Assembly: GCA_013239625.1 (NCBI GenBank) | Contig: MU053652.1 | Location: 5,013,902 to 5,073,901, forward strand | From: Lama guanicoe | Taxonomy: Eukaryota | Direction: 5' to 3' | DNA length: 60,000 bases | In this document: positions 39,114-52,900 of the stretch, in pieces | Numbering within the stretch: the stretch's first letter is position 1 | How the letters are laid out: every line of letters starts with the position of its first letter | Translations under genes and position numbers: made by a program | The notes under the pieces: model-generated | What the model was told of the DNA's origin: nothing | The model's input: the letters and a program-made list of their open reading frames with translations, nothing else | The model's database searches: none

Positions 39114-40160
39114 CCTCATGCTCCCGCGCTTGGGTGACTTAACTTCCCACAACAGGAAGGCAGACAAGCAGGCCCTGCACTTGCTGGCTTTCCACAGGAG
39201 GGTTTCCACGCACTCTGCCCCTCTCTCAGTGCAATCATCTTGTAAAATACAAGAGAAGTGACAGGGACCACGGGTAGAAACTCAACTCTGAAAAGTGTGA
39301 GGCCATCAAGACCAGAGCAAACGTACAGGTCAGCAGTCTCACAACTATGATACAGCCTCTTCCGTATGGCACACTTCTTGAGTGTGTTTAGGAAACAAAA
39401 ATCGAGGAGCTTATATATGTCTTTTTCCTCCTTCAAGGATGTGTCCGGGGAGGGGGGGGGGGTCACACACAAATATCAGGTCACAGTCAGTTATCATGGC
39501 AGCATACTGAAAAAACTGCCAGCTCAACAAAAACTGCCATTTACCATGACCTGCAACCGAGAGGGGGACCAATGGTGGGACACAAAGATTAAAAAAAAAA
39601 AAAAGATCAAGCAACTTTAATGAAACCACTATATATGTTGGTGTTACATGGCCCTTATTCTGCTGTTTTTTCCTTCATCCGGATGTCAACTATTTGTCTG
39701 ACACCACGTGCCTATCCGTCCCTCAGACTCTAACATCGCTAGAATGCCTTGCGGAGCCGAGGACCCATATATCTCAAACAGCCCAAGGGCACACACACAC
39801 TGAACGTGACACTGATGTGAAAAGGAGGGAAGGTTAGAAGGGGGAGACAACTTCTACTACAGAAGGCACCCAAAACCCTGCAATCTAGGTGGACTAATGT
39901 GTGATGAAGGTAGACAACAAGGTCATTCTGACACCTATTAAATGGAAGAGCTTTTTCATGTTCACCCCGCCACATGATCTAGCTCTCCTCTTTTATTTAA
40001 GAGAGAACTGGGAGAGATTAAACTTGCATTTATTTTTCAGTAACTTTAGGAGCAAATCAATTCTCCAATATCCAGACGGAAAAGAGAATAAAGGTATGTA
40101 TGAAACCAAGCTACAGTTTGGTGTGGGAATGAGACAAGTTTCCTAAGATCCACTGCTACC

Positions 40161-40204
40161 AAAAAAAAAGAAAGAAAGAAAGAAAAGAAAAGAAAAAAAG
40201 AAAA
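40161..40204. repeat. A-rich (AAAG)n/(AAAAG)n simple repeat
   Basis: aaaaaaaaagaaagaaagaaagaaaagaaaagaaaaaaagaaaa. Confidence 0.9.
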
Positions 40205-41274
40205 CACATGAAGGTAGGAGGCAGCATACTAAAGAAGAGTGGTCAAGATCATTAAGACACTACACCAGGAGCGTCAATGGACAGCAATGCGCCTCTACCT
40301 CAAAAACCCGCTGAGGATGTTACTCAGCCACCAATGGGAGACCTGAGCAAGAACATGGACTCCAAGGCCAAGGGAGCACCACCCCCACGGTGTAATCCAG
40401 CTGCTGGAAGGCCCTGGAGTGTGGTCCAGAGGGGAGCGTTTGGGTGGGCTTATCCGCCCTTATTAGCACAAGAGTAACTACTGTATTTTCCAAAACGGTA
40501 TGTCAAAACTTTCCCCCCACTGCAGCTGAGTAACCAGAAAATTGCTTTTTGATTACTCCAACATTTTCACCAAAAGGATGATATTAAGGATAATATGGCT
40601 GAGCATGTCACAGCAGATACATACAGCTATGTGAACAGTAATTTAGCCCGGAGACCACAGAGAAACGCGGCCTGACAGCAGCATGCTGGGAGAGTCACCT
40701 GTTAACCAGGAGCCTTGGTAGATACAACTGAGTGATCTGTGGCTCAAAGGCCATTAGCAACAGGTTTCAGGGCTTCTCACGACGCTCAGCTACAAGGAAG
40801 CCCAGTGCTGAAACCCAACAGGGGACACCACAGCTAGGCCAGGGAGAGCTGGCCAGACGGGTCTGTAAGTCACCACAAGGCACAACTGGCCAAGCCGCAG
40901 CCAGGCACGGGGACACAATGTAACAACACAATACACAGAATTCATCGCTGCCCCAGGCTCAGCTCGGCTGCTTTTGTTTATGGTACTATTTTCTTCTTAG
41001 AGCCCAAGGCAAGCTCAAGTGTCCAAGCTGAGATTTACTAGTCCTTCCTCTGTCACCTCCCCTGGGCTATGTGCTCCTCCCTACGTATGACCGGCAGCCC
41101 CTCCTCACCCATTAGCGACATGAGAACTGAACTGGACGGTGTGTGTCCCAGGAACAGCCGGTGAGCATCCCCTGGCCACCTGATCAAAACCAACACCGGA
41201 AGCCTCGTTATCACCTTAGTTGGTTCTATTTCTCTCAAGGCAGCTGCCTGACAATGCTATTGTCTCCCTTCCCC

Positions 41275-41377
41275 TTTGCAGGTAGGGACTTGAGTTTTGT
41301 TTAATGTTATACTCTCAGTGCCTGAAGCAGCTCCAGGCACAGCAGGCACTCAGATACTTGCTGAATAAATGAATAAA
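41275..41377 (+). mobile_element. L2 3' end
   Basis: gtagggacttgagttttg...ctcagtgcctgaagcagctccaggcacagcaggcactcagatacttgctgaataaatgaataaa. Confidence 0.75.
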
Positions 41378-41987
41378 CCTATTCTCAACTAACAAAAGTA
41401 TCTAATTCAGCCAGAAGAGTTCCTAAATGTGCAAGGGTATCGTCGTCCTCACTAAGGAGTCCTTTAAACACAGCTTTTCAGAAGCTCAAAGGTATCTGCA
41501 CCATCTATTCTTTGAGACCATCCCATATAACTGTTAGCTCAGAGGACGCTGACATATTTCTCCTTAATTAGGGATTAATTTTTAATTAGGATTAATTCTT
41601 AAACTTGTCCTAAAACCTGTATTTGACCTTTTTCCAATAACACTTTCTAGTCATAGAATTAAACAGGGATTTTTTTTTTCCTAAGGTAATTTCATTCTAA
41701 TACAACGTGAAAGAAATATCTTTTAACTCACGATAATAAGAAACTGGAAAAGCAACAGTAAAAGTTCGAGCTAGGAGGTTTTATGCCCTAGTTTAAATTC
41801 TGTTTTCTCAGAATATAAAACAGAGATTCTTTATAGATGCATTAGCAGAAGCCCTGGAAAAATTCACATTCAGTGCCTGAAAACAAACGAGCTACAGAAA
41901 ACACATAAGCTGAAGTCCTTTAGTGAATAAGCAGCCAAGCTCCTGGCGCCTCTGAGCCACACAGCTCCATTCAGCGACACAACTCAC

Positions 41988-42060
41988 CCCAGATATGTCT
42001 GCGACGCGGTGGATAGGCACTTCCTTCTTGCTATGCAATCCTTTGCCATTCTTAATAGCT
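41988..42060 (-). CDS. SND1: SND1 coding exon (probably exon 14)
   Basis: Acceptor ttttttcttcctttacag|A, donor GGG|gtgagt; 73 nt, phase 2 to 0; encodes (R)[24 protein letters not shown]. Confidence 0.97.
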
Positions 42061-44209
42061 CTGTAAAGGAAGAAAAAAAAAAGCCCAATGAAATACAAAT
42101 CACACTAGGAAGGGGTAAAGGGGGTGGGAAAAAGGGGCAAGGAGAGAGGTCGGTCCATTGGGCATATGGACCACCCAGGGCATACTGCTGAGCATTTGGC
42201 GGAGGGGAGGGTACCAGCCTGCTCTCCGAAGCCCAGTTACCATGACTTGGCCGCTAGTTTCGGTTAACAGTGTGCCTGGAAATCAGAGAGAGCTCCTGAA
42301 CTTGTTTCCAAATGAAAGGCACTGTTCCAGGCACAAAAGAATCAGTTGGAAGAGCACATTCCTAAGGAACACAAGTAATAATGTTTCTTTCCGTGGTTAA
42401 TCACACGAAAGGTTTTCAACGCAAAATATGTAGCCACACCAATTTGAATGGAAATAAGTTCCCTCCAGGTAAAAAGATAAGTTGCCTTGAATGAAGCAAG
42501 AGTGTACAGAAAAATATTTTTAATAGTAGGAGAAAAAAATTAGCCAAGGCTACACAACTGACATTAAGCCTCATTTTCGATCAGTCTCAGGTTGTAATGA
42601 CACTGGGCTTAGCTGGGGACACTGGGACTCCGCCACGTGTCCGATCACTAGGTGGCTGGTTCCAACCTCCGACCTTTTATCTCCAAATCCTTTGAGTGGT
42701 AGCTTCAGGGACATGATCACGCAAGTAACAATGAAGGACCACAGAATCAAAGCTGACAGGTGCATCACCAAGTCACTCTGCTATTAGATGAGACCTCCGT
42801 GTGCACTGCTAGCCTGCAGACCCAAGCAGGGGATGCCGCTGTGTAAGGAGATTGAGAAAGAGACTCAAGAATGTACCTGCTCCATGAGCCAGACTTTCCA
42901 AATTGTAGAAAACAGGTAAACAGCTCAGACTAGACTCAGCATGTCAGGCTCTCACACTCTGACATTCTCCCCACTCAGGCTCCACTTAATGACCAGAAGG
43001 AAAGATCCTAACTTTCTGGATCAAATTTACAAACCAAACCGGGCAGGTGTTGCTCAGGGCAAAGTGGAGCAGTCATTTCTTCCATCACTCCCCACGTAGG
43101 GGAACTGTCTCTCACTCAACTGATTTGAAATGCCCTCTGTTCAGAAATGATTTAAACAAACAAAACACTTACCACCTAGTTTCCATTCCAGGATGAGGGT
43201 AAGAAGTTAAAGTACAGGAATAACAAGAAAAACAAAATCATCCACACACTCCAATCTGAACTGCTATTTCAAGTTCTTCGAATCCCATGGCTCCTCCTGG
43301 ATTTGAATCAAAGGCTTCAGTTTTAGAAATTCCTAGGGGGTCAGAATTTCCCATTTAATTTTAGTCCAGTGATTTGTCAATTTAGGGAGTCTGATACTGA
43401 TCACGGAGCAGTGCTGACTCTTGAGGTTTAGCCCCTGGTCCCTTCGGGTTTGCAAGCTAACAGTAACTCCAACTCCCCCGCCTCTCAAAGCCCTCTGGAT
43501 ACCCTGCCTTGTGTCCAGTTTCTACAGCCTCCTCTGCCAACAACAGGCCCTCTCTCTTTTGCTACCATAAACTCGAAGGTGTAGCCTTAGGAATAAAGCC
43601 TTTGAGAGGCAAGTTAAGCTCACTGCTACCCTGATTCTAACTCAGCTTTCTTCAAGGCAAGGCCAGCTAAGCTTTCTGCAGGTCCTATGGGGGCAAAAAC
43701 TGCCTACAGCCTTATCCTGTTCTAACAACGAGGACAACCAAAACAAATGGACCTGCTCAATAAACAGACGGTTCATGTGAGAACACTGCTGAACCCCCGG
43801 CCTTTCCTGGGGGCTGGAGAGCATCTCATATATTACGAGGGAAAAAGAACAGGGCCTGAGCAGTAAGACAGAAAACAGGCTCTCAAGGCAGATGCAGTGA
43901 GGTGGTAAACTGAAACTCTGCTTTTTTCTCTGTGACCCCAAAGTAGCTCTGTGCCAGAAGCAGAAATCCAGGCCTTCACCAAGATTAAACACGCTACCCA
44001 AAGGAGAAAAACAAAACATCCCGAAGCAGACAGCATGGATCACAGTAAACATGTGACATCTGAGACAGACTGGAATTCTGTAAAACTGTCTAAATATTAA
44101 GAAAAAAAATTATGTTTACTTCGTTCCTAAGAACGAGTATCACTAGACACTTACTTGCATTCAGGCATTAATTCTGGAAAAACCTTCAAAGACTTCATCT
44201 TTTCATATC

Positions 44210-44452
44210 TTTTTTTTAATTGAGTTATAGTCAGTTTACAATGTGTCAGTTTCTGGTGTACAGCACAATTTTTCAGTCATACATGAATATACATATATTT
44301 GTCTTCATATTCTTTTTCACCATGAGCTACTACAAGATCTTGAATATATTTCCCTGGGCTATACAGTATAAACTTGTTTATCTATTCTATATACACCTGT
44401 CAGTATCTATAAATCTAGAACTCCCAGTCTGTCCCTTCCCACCCCCTCCCCC
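44210..44452 (-). mobile_element. Young, 5'-truncated cetartiodactyl-type L1 3' end with poly(A) and TSD
   Basis: Poly-T then aattgagttatagtcagtttacaatgtgtcagtttctggtgtacagc...ccctgggctatacagta; flanked by catcttttcata at 44196-44207 and 44453-44464. Confidence 0.85.
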
Positions 44453-47400
44453 CATCTTTTCATACTTTAGATATGACTGCTATCTAAATTTCAAACACAT
44501 TTATGAAGGAGCACCAAATACAGACTGAGAAATAGTTCTTACTGTTAGCTCTTCCCCAAACAGAGACAAAATTGAGAGTTAATAATTTGTAGACACTACG
44601 TACAAACGACGCCCACCCAGGAAGCACTCTGAAGTGTAAGTGGTACACCGGACCCCGGCCGCCACGTGTGAGGGATCTCAGGGCAATGAGCTCAATGGTC
44701 TAACACACCAGCTGCGGTCTCCCTCCCCGTGTCAAGACATCCCCAGAAAACCTCCTCCAGCCTGATACGAGGCCACAGCAAGGGCTTCTCCTTGAGAGAG
44801 TACCTGGGGGAACTGCTGGTGTAGAAATTCACGTTTGCCTCTCAAAGAGGTGAGGAACAAACACCACGAGTGGCAGGCTTACCACAGTGCTTTGCCAACA
44901 GGAATACAACATACACCTTTGTTTCAGGATGTAAGCATCCATACATGACACGACTGCCTACTACCAGTTGTATTTATGGAAAATGAAAATGTGGAGATCC
45001 TGGTCTTGGTGTCTTGCCATGATTTCTCGGTGGGGCTCCCCTTGCATCTGACATAACCCAGTTTATAGTGGGATATGTTTGGGGAGCTGTCTTTGGGACC
45101 TGGGAGGGTAAGCCAGGCGGCAGGTTTGCTTCCACTGATGCCTGCTCCACAGAGCAAACAGAGACTCCCCTCCCTGCACTTCCTGCAGGAGGCTGCCTCC
45201 ACAGCGCCGTATCTCTTTTCATTAGGCAGAGAATGAAACTCCCGACTTCTCAACTTCGCCTGCTGTGTCTGCTTAATAGCTGCTTTCTCACAAAGGCAGG
45301 CTGCAGCTCCGGCCAGCCAGGAGAAAGGAAGCAGTGGGGCAGAACACAGCCTGCTCCTCGCTGAGGCTTTCTCCTCCCAGGAGCCGCATTACAAAGATGG
45401 AAAAGACCAGCAGTGTCAATAATGGACAAAAATCATCATCTGCCAGGAAAAGTGAGGCTCCGGTCACATACACACAAAGAGGTATCAGTGAAGGAGACGG
45501 ATGAAAACTAAGGTTTCTAGGTTGCTTCTAAAAGCTACAGCACAGGAGAGGAACCTCATTCAGATCACTGGAAAATTCTTTCTTTAAACAACAAAGTCTG
45601 AATCCTCCTGTGTGAGATGCTACTGCCTTCCCACTAGAAGACAGAACCATCAACTCTGCAAAGGCAGACAAGGGTGCTGTTAAAGGGAGATCACCCTACT
45701 ACCTTAGCACAACAGGATGACAATCCAGCACTCTTAATGCAAAGAAAGAGCTTGCTCTATAGAGTAAACATTATAACCTACAACCTAAAATAGGTTTTGG
45801 GGTCCCTTGCGCAGGACAAAAACCTCCCTCTCCAAGGCAGAAGCCTTAGCACCAATGACATTATGTGTCACCAGTTCATCTTGTGCCAACAAAGAGGCCA
45901 TGATCTTAATTCCAATTCAATGATGGTAGGCTGTTATTCTGAACAAAAGGTTTTGTGAAACCTTTTACAGAAAAGGTTTTATAGAAAAAGTTCAAAGAAT
46001 GTACAGTTAGACCTAACCGTACCCCAATCCTAAAATAGTTGTCCTATCAGAAATTCTTAACCTGGCGACATAAGTGAGCTTCACTTCAGATGCTGGGAGT
46101 ATCTATTAGTTAACCTAAAACAGGAGTAGAATTACATATATGAATTGTTCTGGCGAATGGGAACTCCAACAGTTTCACAGAAAGAACCACTTTCATATAT
46201 AAAAGGGATCTAAAGAAAGTGATGGAAAGTACACAACAGCGGCAGCAGGGAATGACGAAGCCAGGGAGGCTCCAGAGCTGAGATCAGGAGCCCCTGAATC
46301 CAGCTTCCCTTTAACAACACTGTCTTGGTAACCAGGAACCAAAGTGTCCCTTAACTCTGCTTCTAATTCACTGCCTACATCCAAAACTTTTTTCCTTCCT
46401 AATTGTGCTCACTTCACTCCTCTGTTACCCTCTTGGGCCAGGCCCTCACCAACTTATTCCAAGGTAACCTCAGGAGTATTTTAACCAAATTCACTCAGTC
46501 CCTTTCGACAGCGCACACCACTGCTGCATGACTTCTCCACAAAAATCTATTTCTCATCATTTTTTTCCCCTACTTAAATCCATAACAAAGACCACCAGCC
46601 TGTGACATCAAGTGGAAAGTATAATGCTTAGCTGTCATGGGCCCCAGTTTATGTCTTCCCATGATTTCCACTTTACTCCTTCTAATCCAGTTAGGTCCAT
46701 TTTCTACATGCCCCCTACGTGCAAGTTATCCACTACACTGTCTTTATAGAGCCACACTGGAGGAAGAAAAGAATGACAGCTCATCTGCAGCCATAACCAA
46801 AGCACAATCATAGAACAGTTGTTGCACGGCAATTTGTAACCTGGGGTCCTAGGTGAGGGGCAGTTTGAAGGCTATGAACATAGAATGATATGTGTGAATG
46901 TGAGCAGGAATGTAATTATGAACGGCAATGTGGTACTTTGAAACTGTATCATGTGTTCATCTTTACTTCTACAGCTAGACTATGGGCCCCTTGAGGGTTA
47001 GGATGCTGTCCTTAATATGTCATGGTATTTAACATAGAGCTATATTCACACAGTTATAAACTTAGGGTCATCTAGTTCAGCTACTGCGTATCTAGTAAAG
47101 CTGAACAAAAGCCGGGTGACTAGTGCAGAGTGCTGAGGGTACTTCAGATCGGAGGCAAGGGCAGTGCCAATGGGAGGGGAGGCACAAGAAGGGAGTGTAT
47201 GGCTTTCCTGGAGGCACAGGTGTGTGATACACGCCCCAGGTCACAGACATCTTGGTCTTGCTACTTGGAGGGGTGCAAGGCGGAAGAGCTTGAAGCTGGG
47301 CCGCTGAGCAGACGCAGATGTGCACGAAGAACCAGAGCCTCACACTCCCCTCCATCAAGTCTCCTAGACCTAGAGGAGGTGGTCAATGGTCTCAGCAGCA

Positions 47401-48484
47401 AGGAGTGGGAGCAGAGCTCTGGCCCCCACAAGAAACAAAACAGAACCAAGTGGTAGGACCATCCGGAACACCTACCAGGTAACACAGGATAAGTGACTAA
47501 GGAGAAAGGGACATAATTCCAACAGAAAAGGTTAAAAAGCAGAACAAAGAGTGAATAACTTCCTAAACTTCTAAAGGACCACTCGCCGTGTTTTAGATCA
47601 CATTGATGAATACAGGGTTTCAGCATGAACCCAACACAGGTAACAGAAAAAGGACAGCAGCTTCCTTTGGCCCTTTTACTGATTCCTTGGCAACTGGAGG
47701 AAGCTACAGGGTCCTGACCCTCAGAAGATAAGACACAGGTACACAATGGTAGGTGGAGGTGCCAAGATTATGCAGCTGAATTTTCAACGCTGCACATCAG
47801 AATTACTGCTAGGACAGAAAAGATGGAGAGTACACAGACTAGAAAGGAGGAAATTGAGTCCTACAGTCAAGGCAAGGTGGGTGGACTAATGAGTCAGGAG
47901 GTATTATGAGGCATTGAAGCAAACAACAAGGAACTTGAGGTCATCACCTCACCTAAAACTAATATAAGACCAAACAAAGACACATGCTATTGCACCAGGT
48001 CTGACAGATCCACAGTGCTCAGGTAAGGAGGGAGCGGACCCAACTCCGCGGCAGAGAACCACCAGAGAAGAGAGGCAGCCCATTACTAGACTGATGAGAA
48101 ACACAAGCAAACCATGTCTTAGATTTGGACCAAAGGACTCCTAGAGCCAGGCAGAAACGGCCAGTGCCAGTCTAAAGGCTTCTTGAGAGGACAAGGTATC
48201 AGAGAAAGATGAGATTAGCAGCAACGATAGCTCAAAACTGCCCCAATGCCACTGGTCTTATGCTTTTTTCATGTCCTGATCACCAAGACAATTCAGGCCC
48301 AGAAGAAAAGTAGGGGAAGGAATGATCCATAATTCTATTCCACATCATTAACATAATTTCTAAGTGTTTATACACACATACCCACCTACTTACACTTGAA
48401 GAAAATAGTGGGTGAAATTTTGGAGCCCTTTTTTTCCTCCCAGAAATAACTAAAGGAACATTTCTTTATGTTACTAGTTTTTTT

Positions 48485-48710
48485 TTAACATCATTTTTAA
48501 TAGCTGCACATATATCCATAACATGGATGCACATTCCATAATTTAATCAATTGCATATTGCTAGATACTTACGTTAATGTAATATTCCAGTATAATACTT
48601 CCAGTACTATAAATAATGCCACTGGGAAGAACTCTTAAATGAACTATTAAGCACCTCCACTATTTATTCCTTAGAATAAATTCATACAAGTGGAACGGCT
48701 GGTCATAAGT
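48485..48710 (-). mobile_element. Old L1 3' fragment (antisense)
   Basis: catttttaatagctgcacatatatccataacatggatgcac...ataatttaatcaatt...tataaataatgcc...ttccttagaataaattcatacaagtggaacggctggtca. Confidence 0.7.
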
Positions 48711-49768
48711 CAGCAAAGCACTATCCCGTTTTTCCACCTCCCTTCCCCAAGGCAACCCAGATAGAATAAGCCGTGCCTCGTGGACTCTGTGGATAAACCC
48801 TTCAACTTAGGTGCCCCTTTCCCACACATCCCAGAGACCCACTTATACCTCTATGCTTATAATTATCGTTGCAATCCAAACTTGCTCATACAAATCCTCA
48901 TTAGACCATGCATTTTTGTTTTTATATATCAATGCGCCTGATAAAATATTTGTTACTGTAAAATGAACAAATCAGAGAAAATTTTAATGCTTTTTACTCA
49001 GTCAAAAGATGCAACAGACTTACTTTTTGGAAAACTGTTTTTCTGAAAACTGTTTTTCTAAGTGAGTACATTTACCGGGACCTGCTGGAAAAGGCTTAGA
49101 GCTGTCCGCTAGAGATTTGGCTCTCTGAACTTGATGCAGAAGCAAGAGACTTGGGAAGTAAGCCTTCTCAACTTCTGGACCCAAAGCTGGAGGAGGGGAG
49201 TCGGGGGCAGCTTAGGGGATAATGTGTGCATGAGGGAGTTTACAAGAAATTTAGATCCAAAGAATCCTATAAATGAGAGAAAACTATGAAGATTTCCCCT
49301 TCACAAGTAGCTGTAAAATTCTGTGCATTGATGTATCAGTGATTAATTATTTGAACTACAGATCTCCTGAGAGATTTCTAAGGATTAAAGCAGAAGCAGG
49401 CTAAGTGTATCTGTAATAGAGACTCAGCTCTCTGACCCACTCAGCCACCTGACACGCAGATGAGGCACATCAAGGAAGCACAGCAACCCTCAAGATGATT
49501 TTGCATGAAATTAGCCAAGAGCTGGTGGAGGCTACTTAGAAGGAATTTAGTTAAGGAGCCATGAATGAGAGAGGGGTCAAAGGGAAGGCTTGGTGAGGAA
49601 CAAGTATGGCCGGGAGGGAATCCAGAGATCCAAAGATCGTCCATTCCATGCCTTATTCTCCATGACCTATAATCACAATTGTAATTCCAATTATTCAATT
49701 AATGTACCACAAATGTAGATACACATTTTGATTTTTTTTTAAAACAATGGTCATGAATTAATTTGGGG

Positions 49769-49959
49769 CAGTGGTTCTCAAATTTTAATGTGCATCAGAA
49801 TTACCTGAAGAGATTGCTGAACTCAACCCCAGACATTTTGGTTCTGGGTTCTGGTCTGGGTGAGGGATGATGTGGGGAGATCTGAGAATTCACTTTTCTA
49901 GCAAGTTCCCAAGTGACAACGAGGTTGCTGGTCTGGGGACCATACTGTGGGAACCAGTG
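49769..49959 (-). mobile_element. MER5A hAT-Charlie MITE, near full length
   Basis: TIR cagtggttctcaaa at left and degenerate tgggaaccagtg at right; internal gtgcatcagaattacctg and tttctagcaagttcccaagtga...gctggtctggggaccatact. Confidence 0.85.
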
Positions 49960-52900
49960 GTTTAGGGAGTCAAGTTATGAGACATTCAAAAAAAGTCAAG
50001 GGTTATCATTTTATTGACACAATTTATTTTGAATTAAAATTGTATTCTCAGTATGAGAATCTTTAAATGTAATCTTCGAATGTTCAAAAATACATCTGAA
50101 ATATATTTTGAAACCTCAAATATTTTGGGGTTTGTGAAAGGAGCAAGAGCCTCTTGGGTGAGAGGAGTAAGATGGCAAAGAATGGACAAGGGGCTCTGGA
50201 CAGACAGATGAACAGGGTCGGGGTGGGGTGTGCTGGGGAAAAAACCAAGTTATCAAGGAAGATTAGTCTAGAATAACTTCCTCTGAAGGAGTACAACCAG
50301 CGCAGACTAATAATTACAGATAGTATCGGGCAAGAAGAAGTTCATTATTTGACCATGACCTACAGAATGACCCGTAGTATCTTATGTACAACATAAGCGC
50401 TAATGGGTTCCAACTTCACCCCAAACGCAAGTCTCACAGCTTGAGTTGTATCAGATGGAACTGGGGGTGGGAAGAAATATGGGGTAAAGAGCGAATAGAT
50501 CCTCTTAATATCCTGAAAGAGAAAACTATTTGGAAATGGAGATATTATACAGCTCTCCAGAAGTGGCCATTTGTGCTGCCTTAAATGCAGATTGATTACT
50601 GCTATTTGGATGTTGAGTGCATCATCTTTTCCGAAGAAAGAGAAAAGCTAAATTTCCCCACATTCAGCTGTAGCGTCAAATCACTTCCCAGCACCAGCTC
50701 TTTTAATGCATTTTCCTGTTATCACATCCCCTTGCGATAGCTGATCTAGCCCTCTCCCCAGCAGTGAAACCCCCCACACTGGCATGTGCTGAATCCCGTC
50801 GGCAACCTCCTGGCTGTGCCACCTAACTGTAAGCCCCAGGCCGAGCGGGGCTGAGGAAGAACAGAAGCCGTTAGCATCCTGGAGAGGAGGAACAGCCTCC
50901 CCTCTGGTGCTGGCAGGATGCAGTGCAGCTGGGTGAAGAGGGCAGAAGCTCATCACCCAGCTCCAGCTTTCTAGAACGCTTGAGCTCCAAAAACCCACCC
51001 ATACCCTGGCGTGACAGGAACCTACGATTCAACAGCCAAGGATGGAGAAAAAAGTCAAATTACAGTTCTGTTTTTAACAGTATTGAGTAGGGTCTAGTTT
51101 TATTCAAAGAGAATTTTCACTTGTTCAGGTGATTAGATCGAAAGTGAGAACTCTTGGTTTATTTAAAGCTGGACCATTAAACTGTTGAGAAGAACAGAGG
51201 CTGGATGGAAGAAATGAATTTCAGGGAGATGCCCTCATGGGACAATTTAATAGAAATGAGAGACGAAATAAAAAAGATGTAAGGCAGGTAGTGTTACTAA
51301 TGCAGAGAGAGAAAAGAGGAGGAGGAGGGGCTATGAAAACAGGTAAGAAAAGAGAACAGGAGAAACAGCAACACCCAGAGGCTCCAGTCCAGTTGTTCAA
51401 CGTGTGTCCCTCCGAGGTGGCGTGCTCTGTCAAGGCTCGAGTCTGTTACTTTTTCTTCACCACCACTGTCCCCAAAGCCTGGGACCCAGGGTACACTCCA
51501 GAAAATGGGAATAAAAAGAAATGAATGCAGAGCCATCACGCGCAAGAGAAACCAGCCTTCAACAACTGTCCCCGGTAGAGGAACGATTCGTTTTCTTGAA
51601 GAAATGGTTAACTCATGTGGTCTGTACACTTTGAGAGGAGGTATCAGTCTGAAATCTTCAAAACACAGATCAAGCTCAACACCTGTTCCCTCACGGGGCT
51701 GGCAGGGAGATGAAACTTGCTTCATATCAAGGCGTTTAACGAATCAGAACTGTGTCAAACCCGCAGTGTTGACGTCTTGCAATGAAAACAAGAGTGCAAA
51801 AAAGTGCTGGTAAGTCTTCACCTTTTATTCGTAACCAGAACTGTAAATGCCGATTAACCTGAAGGCACAGATGGGAAAGACCCTACCAAAATGTTTTGTG
51901 TTTTTTCAAGCACAAGACTTTTTTTTCTCCCCGCCTATTTGACTTTTGGGGGAAATTCCCCTATAAACCGGGGAGGGGGGGAAAGTGGAGCTGCTCTGGC
52001 TGAATCAGGAGTAGAGGTCAAGCCCGCGTCTCTCCCAGTGACACTGGAAGTCCTTCAGTAGAAGCACAAAATCCATTTTCAATTCACTGCTACAGGTTCC
52101 CGGCAGTTGGTAAGCCCACTGAGGACCCAGCAACTATGTCACCAAGAGATTCTTATCTGAAACAGTTTCCCTCTTTATAAAGACTCCAGGTACTGGCCTA
52201 AGGAAGAGTTACCAACAAGTTCTAGCCTTCTGATCAAAGTCTGTGATGGAACTGCCAACACAGATTTCCTAGAGGTTTAAGCAGAGAATTCTACAATAGG
52301 GTGGGTGCTGTCAACAACGCTGGGAAAAACAAGAGAGATCTGATTTTAATGAAGGATCGATGTTTACAGGGTTTGGTGATTGGAGATGCGAAAGTCAGCG
52401 AGGCAGGAGCGCTAGTTGGTTTTGTTTTTAAAGGAAGGGGAGGTTGCAACGTTCGCGCAATCAGAAAAATGAGTCCCTGCAGGGCCTGGGAGGACAGGAA
52501 GCCAGAGCAAGAGTGGAGACGGGGCAGGCTTGTGCTTGCCTCTCAGAGACGGAGGACAACACTAATTTTCTTCATCTGCAGTGCGCCGGGCAAGAAAGGG
52601 AACACACTGGAAAAGATAAAGAGAGCCTGCCCTTTTCTCTTCTCCCAAGATAACCCTGACCTCATTATGTATGTCCAGAATGAATCTAAATTCATTTAAA
52701 TCTGCTCAGACACTAGACTGTTCAATACAATCGTTTTCTCACAGTAAAACTGGAGCATCAGTTTCTTTTCTGAATGTATACATCCTATCTTGAAATCACA
52801 AAATCTTAGAATTAAAAGGTGCTTTAAAGGAATAAAGCACCGACTTCTGTGCTTTCCTGCAACAAACCACAGATTTTAATAGCTTTCCAAAAATATCTTA

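Noticed and set aside
41892..42098. 68-aa minus-strand ORF
   Set aside because: It is the 73-nt SND1 exon plus intronic flanks
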